Assembly (NCBI GenBank): GCA_965223265.1
Contig: OZ244999.1
Span: forward strand, 5,019,386-5,083,385
Direction of reading: 5' to 3'
Length of the DNA: 64,000 nt
Source of the DNA: Planctomycetota bacterium
Lineage (GTDB): Bacteria; Planctomycetota; UBA8108; SXIK01
Below the pieces are notes generated by a model that saw only the letters and a list, made by a program, of their open reading frames with translations, was not told where the DNA came from and ran no database searches. The position numbers were made by a program, and so were the translations under genes. Position 1 is the stretch's first letter, and every line of letters begins with the position of its first letter. This document shows, one piece after another, positions 58,210 through 64,000 of the stretch.

Positions 58210-61200
58210 TTGAAGAGACTCATGCGGTACACATTCTGCGTCGCGTTCCTCGCTCTTGCCGTCGGCTCAGGCGCCGCCGCGCAGGAGGAAGGCGGCGACG
58301 AGGCAGCGAGCGGCGCTGCAGAGACTCCGTCGCCCCCGGAATCGCCAGCGGACGAAGCTGCGAGCGTCGACCCGGTCGCTCCCGACAACGTGCCGACAAG
58401 TGAAATCCCTCGCGATACGTACGAGCCGATCGGCCCACAGCTGTTTCCGGTCTACTGGCGGACCTATCGTACGGTCGACGAGACGACGATTCTCAGCGTG
58501 CTCTACGTCTTTCGCACGACGTCCAGAAAGGACGGGAGCTATTCGACTCTACTCGCCCCGATTTTCTACTCCGATCGACGCGTCGAGCCGCCGGGAACGC
58601 GAATGTACCTCTTTCCGCTCCTCTACTTCAGCGGCGAAGACGACGACGCGTCGTTTCGCGTCTCGCTGCCGTTTTACTACGATTTTCAGCGAGCGGAATC
58701 GGGTTTTCGATATCTGTTTCCGCTTTGGATGCAGACCGCGACAGACGAGCGCAAGTTGACACGTGACCACGTCCTCTTCCCGCTCTACCGATTGACGCAC
58801 GATCTACGCGACGCCGAGGAACCCGTGGTGCGTTCGCGCTTGGGAATCTGGAAGATCCTCGAGCTGTGGGAGTCGCGGTCTTCGGAGACGCAGACGGATG
58901 TCGCCAGTCTCACGCTCTTCAACTGGGGCGAAGAGGCGCAGTGGCCCGTCTCGCTCTTTCGCTCCTCGTGGGAACAGGAAGGAGAGTCGACGAACGGATT
59001 CACGTACCTCTTCCCTCTCTACTGGCATCGTGAGCGAATTCATGCGTCAGACCTCGCCATCCTGCCGCTCTTCGGACAATTCTCCGGCGGCGGACGCAGC
59101 GACCTCTTTCTCTTTCCGCTGTTGTCGCGATTCGGCGGCGGACCCGGACCAGAGAGTCGCGCCGACGTTCTCTTCCCGCTGTTCAGTTACCGCAGTGCTC
59201 CTGAATCTCTCTGGGTGGGTGTTTTGACCCCCATCTTCTCGTATTCGCGCCGGCACGAGAGTTTCTCCGTGGCAACTCGCCCGTTCTACTCGTACATGCG
59301 TTCCAATGAAGAGATGCCGTGGTTCTCGCGACTCGGGGTCTACAGCCAAAGCTATACGCCGGCGACGGACAAACGCGCCTACTCTGTGCTCTTTCCACTC
59401 GTATACCACAACGTTGAGCCTGACGATTCGGCTGGCAACCGCTGGTTTTTCCCGTACTACGAGACCTTCAACGAAACTCGTGGATGGCGATTTCTGTTAC
59501 CCCTCTACCTGCAATGGCGGGCACGCGCCGGCGGCACCACAGACCGGTTCTTCAGCTACGGCCTGCCAACGTATTTTGCGTGGGGCAATCCAGATGACTA
59601 CTTCGCTTTTGCTTTCCCGCTTTACTGGGCAGATCACGAGGGTAAGAGAGGCTGGCGAGTCCTCGCGCCTCTTTACTACGATTTCTACTCGGCGACGTCG
59701 CGCGGGCTCTACGCTCTGCCCTTGTTCGTTTGGCGAGATCTGCCGTCGCGAAATCAGCTAGCGATCGCATGGCCGGCCTACGTCTACCAGAAGTTCTTCG
59801 GACTCGACGGTGAACCAACCGGTAGTTCGCACAGCCTCCTATGGCCGCTCACCAAGGTGGAGTCGCGAACGGACGGCTATGACTACCGCCTCTTGCCGCT
59901 CTTTTGGTTCTCCCGTCAAGGAGACTACCGCGGCATGCTGTTGTCGCCGCTCTACTTCCAGCAAGATGGGCCACGGGGAACGCACAGATACTTCATTCCG
60001 TTCTACGGTCGCCATGAGACGGCCGGCGTCACGACAGACTACTACGCTGCGGGCACAGTGATTCGAAGCGAAGAAAAGAGCGACGCGGGAGAGGTCCAGC
60101 GGTCGAAACTTGACCTGCTTTGGTCGCTTGCAAGCTTCGAGGACGACTATGTCACTGGCGGTGGACACACGCACTTTCTTCCGATCGGCTATTGGAACAC
60201 ACGTTCACCGCAGACCGACCGTACGATCCTGGGACCGCTGCACTACTCGCACCGAATCATTGAGGAAGAGAAAGAGCACAATCTGTCGCTCTTCTTGGGC
60301 AATCTCTTCTTTTCGAAGACGGTGACCGCACCGGCGCCGCCGGCCCCATCGGCGCCCGAAGGAGAAGATGAGGTCCAAGTCGACCAGCCAATCGGCGCCG
60401 GACGACCAAACTCCGGGCGCGGCGGGCGCGGCGGACTCACCGTGCCCGCAGTCAGCCGAGATCGAGACCTGGCAACACCAAGCTGGCAGGACGCCTCCAT
60501 GGCGTCACGTGCTGCTGCAGCTGACTCACCGCTCTTCCCGCTCCAGGTGCCGAGTGGCGAGCCGGCCTCCCCGCCTTTGGATTCGACCGCTCCCGATCTC
60601 GACAGAGCTACCGCCGTCGTCCAAAACCTTGGCGCGCCGCCGCAAGTCGAGCGCCAGGAAGTCTGGCGCGATCGAGGGGTCTTGTGGCCACTCTCGCGGT
60701 GGTACCAGTCGGCCGACGGCGATCGTGGCGCATGGGTGATACCCTTCTACTTTGACACCGAAGACGAATTCACCAAGACCGACGCACTCTTTCCGCTCTA
60801 TTTCCGACAGAAGCAAGAGCGCAAGTACGACCTCAGTTTCTTTCGATATTTTTTCCTCTACAACCACGAGACATGGCTCGGTGGCAATCGGACAACCGTC
60901 GGCCAGCTCTTGTTCGACTGGTTCGCCGATGAAGTGAGTCAAACGTTTCGCCTGCGGCTTCTCTATCCCATCGTCGAATTCGAGACCAACCGCGAAGGGT
61001 TTAGTTTCGAATTCACTCCGGCATGCCGCTTCGAGCAGCGACTGGTTGGCGGCGAACTGGTCAAAACGAACCGCTTCTTTCCGTTCTATTGGCAAGGATC
61101 GACCGAGCGACTTCAGGAAGGCGACGGTGACGCCGAGTCACGCTGGCAAACCGACCGCAGCCATTTCTTCCTCTTCCCTTTGTTCGGCTACAGCTCTCGG

Positions 61201-61968
61201 AGCACACGAACCGACTACCACGTCGTTTTCCCTCTGTTTCACCTGCAAGATTCGCAGGACGCGCTCAGGTTCGAAGTGTGGCCGTCGATCTTCTACCGCG
61301 ACGAACCAAGCCTTTTCGGATTGCGCCTCTGGCCGCTACACGCCGACGAGACGGGCGAAGTTGCAGGCGAGTTTTGGGTTTCGCGATACTTATTCTTCTC
61401 AAAGCGGTTCGTCAGTACCGACGGCGTGTCCTACCGTTTCGATCCGTTTCTCTTCCGGTACGGTTCGGGTCCGGAGAGTTTCGGCATCGGGGCGCTGTTC
61501 GAAATGATGGCCTACGATCGCGACGGATCCGACTGGTCTTTTCATGCCCTGCCCTTCGCTTTCGGGAGTCGCGATGGGGACCAAGCGACGTGGGGTATGA
61601 TCCCGCTTTACTATTCACAAGATTTCGGCGCCAACGTCATCGATCACGCCGTACCGTGGCGTTTTTTCTTCCCCGTCAATCATCTCTACAACGCCGCGGG
61701 CGAGCACCACACGTCCATCCTGTGGTTCCTCTATGATCAGACAACAAACCCGACGCGACCGGACTACCACGAACGCAGCGTGCTGAAAGGTCTCTTTCTC
61801 GATCGCAGCACGGAGACCTCACGCCAATTCTCAATTCAGCCGTTCTATTCGTACTTTCGCGACGACGCCACCGACGAGACCGATGTCTGGTACTTCCTCT
61901 ACTTCTACCGTTACCATAAAGAGCACGGAGAAGAGAAGCGAAGGATCTTCTGGTTCATTCCGTTTTGA
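58210..61968 (+). CDS. Large secreted protein built from about 40 degenerate aromatic 'hydrophobic-F/L-P-L-Y/F' repeats in two blocks separated by a Pro/Ala-rich linker
   Basis: Signal peptide MKRLMRYTFCVAFLALAVGSGAAAQ. The unit xxLFPLYYxx(D/R/E)... recurs every 20-28 aa (LFPLLYF, LFPLWM, LFPLYR, LFPLYW, ILPLFG, LLPLYL, AFPLYW, LAPLYY, LLPLFW, VIPFYF, LFPLYF, FFPFYW, VFPLFH, MIPLYY...). Linker at about 60310-60660. Confidence 0.6.
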   Translation: MKRLMRYTFCVAFLALAVGSGAAAQEEGGDEAASGAAETPSPPESPADEAASVDPVAPDNVPTSEIPRDTYEPIGPQLFPVYWRTYRTVDETTILSVLYVFRTTSRKDGSYSTLLAPIFYSDRRVEPPGTRMYLFPLLYFSGEDDDASFRVSLPFYYDFQRAESGFRYLFPLWMQTATDERKLTRDHVLFPLYRLTHDLRDAEEPVVRSRLGIWKILELWESRSSETQTDVASLTLFNWGEEAQWPVSLFRSSWEQEGESTNGFTYLFPLYWHRERIHASDLAILPLFGQFSGGGRSDLFLFPLLSRFGGGPGPESRADVLFPLFSYRSAPESLWVGVLTPIFSYSRRHESFSVATRPFYSYMRSNEEMPWFSRLGVYSQSYTPATDKRAYSVLFPLVYHNVEPDDSAGNRWFFPYYETFNETRGWRFLLPLYLQWRARAGGTTDRFFSYGLPTYFAWGNPDDYFAFAFPLYWADHEGKRGWRVLAPLYYDFYSATSRGLYALPLFVWRDLPSRNQLAIAWPAYVYQKFFGLDGEPTGSSHSLLWPLTKVESRTDGYDYRLLPLFWFSRQGDYRGMLLSPLYFQQDGPRGTHRYFIPFYGRHETAGVTTDYYAAGTVIRSEEKSDAGEVQRSKLDLLWSLASFEDDYVTGGGHTHFLPIGYWNTRSPQTDRTILGPLHYSHRIIEEEKEHNLSLFLGNLFFSKTVTAPAPPAPSAPEGEDEVQVDQPIGAGRPNSGRGGRGGLTVPAVSRDRDLATPSWQDASMASRAAAADSPLFPLQVPSGEPASPPLDSTAPDLDRATAVVQNLGAPPQVERQEVWRDRGVLWPLSRWYQSADGDRGAWVIPFYFDTEDEFTKTDALFPLYFRQKQERKYDLSFFRYFFLYNHETWLGGNRTTVGQLLFDWFADEVSQTFRLRLLYPIVEFETNREGFSFEFTPACRFEQRLVGGELVKTNRFFPFYWQGSTERLQEGDGDAESRWQTDRSHFFLFPLFGYSSRSTRTDYHVVFPLFHLQDSQDALRFEVWPSIFYRDEPSLFGLRLWPLHADETGEVAGEFWVSRYLFFSKRFVSTDGVSYRFDPFLFRYGSGPESFGIGALFEMMAYDRDGSDWSFHALPFAFGSRDGDQATWGMIPLYYSQDFGANVIDHAVPWRFFFPVNHLYNAAGEHHTSILWFLYDQTTNPTRPDYHERSVLKGLFLDRSTETSRQFSIQPFYSYFRDDATDETDVWYFLYFYRYHKEHGEEKRRIFWFIPF

Positions 61969-62176
61969 GCCGCGGTCAGCGCTCGAAACACTGAAGCACC
62001 GACGCGCAGCGATTTCGATCCTACCGTGACCATTCTTGCGTCTGTCCCACCGTACTGGTATGCGATCGTAGCGATCGTGATTGCGACGCCACTCTACTTC
62101 CTGATCACGCGTCCGCGCCGCCGCAAACATGACTCGAAGTGGAAAGGCTGAGTAGATTCGGAGATCAGGCTCACCG

Positions 62177-63775
62177 GTGTCCCCCCATCAGTCGAACGAT
62201 CAACGCGACCTACGTAGCACGCTGATCGTCGGGCTCCTTACGGTCTGCAGCCGCGTTGCTGGCCTGGCGCGCGAGGCGGTGCTCGCGCTTTTTCTTGGAA
62301 CGCGGGTCGAAGCCGACGCGTTCCGAGTCGCGTTCTTGCTGCCAAACTTGCTCCGACGCCTAGTGGGCGAAGGAGCAGCGACGAGCGCTTTCGTCGCCGT
62401 CTATAGCCGCCACGCGCGCTCCGAAGGCGATGAAGGCGGCGTCGATTTCGCTGAGCGGTTCCTCACGCTTTGGATTTGCGGCCTCGCTATCATCGCGCTG
62501 GCCGGTGCCTACTTCATGTCCGACCTTTTCCACGTGATCCGCCCGGCACTCGGTGACGGCAAGCTCACCGAACCCGCGAACTTCGCGCTCACGATTGATG
62601 TCAGCCGCATCGTCTTCGGCTATGTTTTCTTCATCGGCGGCGTCGCTGCGGCGCAAGGAATCCTGAACGCTCGTCGCATCTTCGGGGCACCAGCCTTTGT
62701 CCCAGCGCTCTTCAACGTCGTCGTCGTCGCCGCCGCGTGCATCTTAGCTACGCTCTTCGCGCCTGGACGCGCGGTGTTCGCCATCGCGTATGCGATCCTC
62801 ATCGGCGGAGCTTTTCAGCTCGCCTGGTTGATCCCGCCGCTGTGGAGGATCGGCGTGCGGTTCAAGCTCCGCTCTCCATTCGGCCACGCGGGGGTCTCAG
62901 ACGTCCTGCGGTTGATGGTGCCAGGCATCATTGGCGCTGGTGTCTATCAGTTGAGCGTCGTCTTGAGCACCCTCATCGCCGGTCGTTTGCCCCATACCGG
63001 TTCGATCGCGTCACTTGCCTACTCGAATCGCTTCATGGAATTCGTTCTCGGCGTCTTCGTTGTCGCCTTGAGCACGGTCAGCCTCACCTCCCTTGCACGC
63101 TTCGCGGCGGCCGGAGACGAAGAGCTGTTTGCTACTCGAGCTCTTGAGATGGTCCGCCTGATCCTCTTCGTGACCATTCCAAGTACCGCAGGGCTCTTCG
63201 TCATCCACTCACCGCTGATCTCCCTCGTCCTTGAGCAAGGAGAGTTCGGAGACACCTCACTCGCCATGACCGTCGCAGCCTTTCGCTGTCACCTGCCGGG
63301 TCTCGTGGCCATCGGTGTGAGCAGGGCGCTCGTCGCCGGCTTTCATGCGCGCAAGAACCTTCGTACGCCGGTCGTGGTGGCCGCTTGGATTTTGCCGTTC
63401 AATCTTGCGCTGGCGTACGTACTGTCCCTTGGCCCGCTGCGCCACGCTGGGATCGCACTCGCGGCAAGCGTCGCGGCATGGGTGCAGTGTGCGACTCTTT
63501 TGAGTCTCTTCTATCGGGAGGTTCCTCGCTTGCGCTTGACCGGCCTCCCCCGATTCCTCGCGCTCACGATCGTGGTCAGCGCGGTGATGGGGGCGATCTG
63601 TCAGCTCAGCGCGGCCGCAATTCCACTTCCTGAAGGTAAAATCCTGCGCGCGGCGTGGATCCTCATCGTCGTCGGCATCGGCGTCGTGAGTTTCTTCGGT
63701 CTCGCGACACTTTGTCGACTTCCGGAGTCGCGCGCGCTACTTGGACTTTTCCGACGCAGCCGGCATGTCGACTGA
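62177..63775 (+). CDS. murJ: Lipid II flippase MurJ (MviN family)
   Basis: TLIVGLLTVCSRVAGLAREAVLALFLGTRVEADAFRVAFLLPNLLRRLVGEGAATSAFV...; about 530 aa with about 14 predicted transmembrane segments. Confidence 0.85.
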   Translation: MSPHQSNDQRDLRSTLIVGLLTVCSRVAGLAREAVLALFLGTRVEADAFRVAFLLPNLLRRLVGEGAATSAFVAVYSRHARSEGDEGGVDFAERFLTLWICGLAIIALAGAYFMSDLFHVIRPALGDGKLTEPANFALTIDVSRIVFGYVFFIGGVAAAQGILNARRIFGAPAFVPALFNVVVVAAACILATLFAPGRAVFAIAYAILIGGAFQLAWLIPPLWRIGVRFKLRSPFGHAGVSDVLRLMVPGIIGAGVYQLSVVLSTLIAGRLPHTGSIASLAYSNRFMEFVLGVFVVALSTVSLTSLARFAAAGDEELFATRALEMVRLILFVTIPSTAGLFVIHSPLISLVLEQGEFGDTSLAMTVAAFRCHLPGLVAIGVSRALVAGFHARKNLRTPVVVAAWILPFNLALAYVLSLGPLRHAGIALAASVAAWVQCATLLSLFYREVPRLRLTGLPRFLALTIVVSAVMGAICQLSAAAIPLPEGKILRAAWILIVVGIGVVSFFGLATLCRLPESRALLGLFRRSRHVD

Positions 63776-64000
63776 AGCTCAACGGCACACTTTCTTCGTC
63801 GAGGCGTGGCCTGGTTGGCACGGAGGAATTGCAGACCGGGTGTTCAACAGGCTGTTAAGCGCGGCCGATCATCACGAGGGGACACGTCGTGCGCCGTGCA
63901 AATTCGAGCGTAAATGTGCCAAAGCCGCGTCGCCGGCTGGCACGGTGCAGTCCTAAGACGACCAAATCGGCGGCCGTGGCCTGAGCCATCAACAACTCGG

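Noticed and set aside
58120-58210. Sigma-54 (-24/-12) promoter upstream of the repeat-protein gene (CTGGAAC..CTTGCCA)
   Set aside because: GG and GC elements are spaced about 7 nt apart instead of the required 10, so it does not fit the TGGCAC-N5-TTGC geometry.

Overview
This is a 64-kb, high-GC (roughly two-thirds G+C) bacterial chromosomal segment, densely coded on both strands. I saw no rRNA/tRNA genes, no CRISPR array and no obvious mobile elements.

The content falls into three parts.

(1) Housekeeping genes at both ends: purL (partial, truncated at the window edge), accA, a glycine-cleavage operon (gcvT-gcvH-gcvPA-gcvPB), ribF, def, fmt, an aminotransferase, citrate synthase, uvrD, ilvC, rpoN, lnt and murJ.

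(2) A same-strand, roughly 19-kb respiratory 'supercluster' on the minus strand, 18.8-36.8 kb. It encodes a b6-type Rieske/cytochrome b complex (HEAT-repeat protein, Rieske, cytochrome b6 with the heme-ci Cys, subunit IV, and a 1548-aa octaheme cytochrome c with an odd cytoplasmic N-terminus). This is followed by hemY, a cupredoxin-like lipoprotein, and a complete aa3-type haem-copper oxidase module (ctaC-ctaD-ctaA-ctaB-ctaE-SCO1-DUF420). The order suggests a Planctomycetota-like or similar lineage; this is inference only.

(3) Accessory-looking material:
- three tandem, about 90%-identical secreted von Willebrand A (VWA) domain genes with divergent signal peptides, inserted between def and fmt;
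- a degenerate P-type-ATPase-like membrane protein;
- a 1252-aa secreted protein built from about 40 degenerate aromatic 'FPLY' repeats;
- a conserved ABC/GldG/DUF4340 quartet next to rpoN;
- an 850-bp non-coding region containing a tandem array of palindrome-bearing 15/33-bp repeats.

Many ORFs in the six-frame track are antisense artefacts typical of high-GC DNA (Arg/Ala/Pro-rich) and were discarded. Several track ORFs begin at alternative start codons (TTG/GTG) or upstream of the likely true start, so I adjusted starts where the sequence supports it. All functional calls rest on motif and family recognition by eye; no database search was run.
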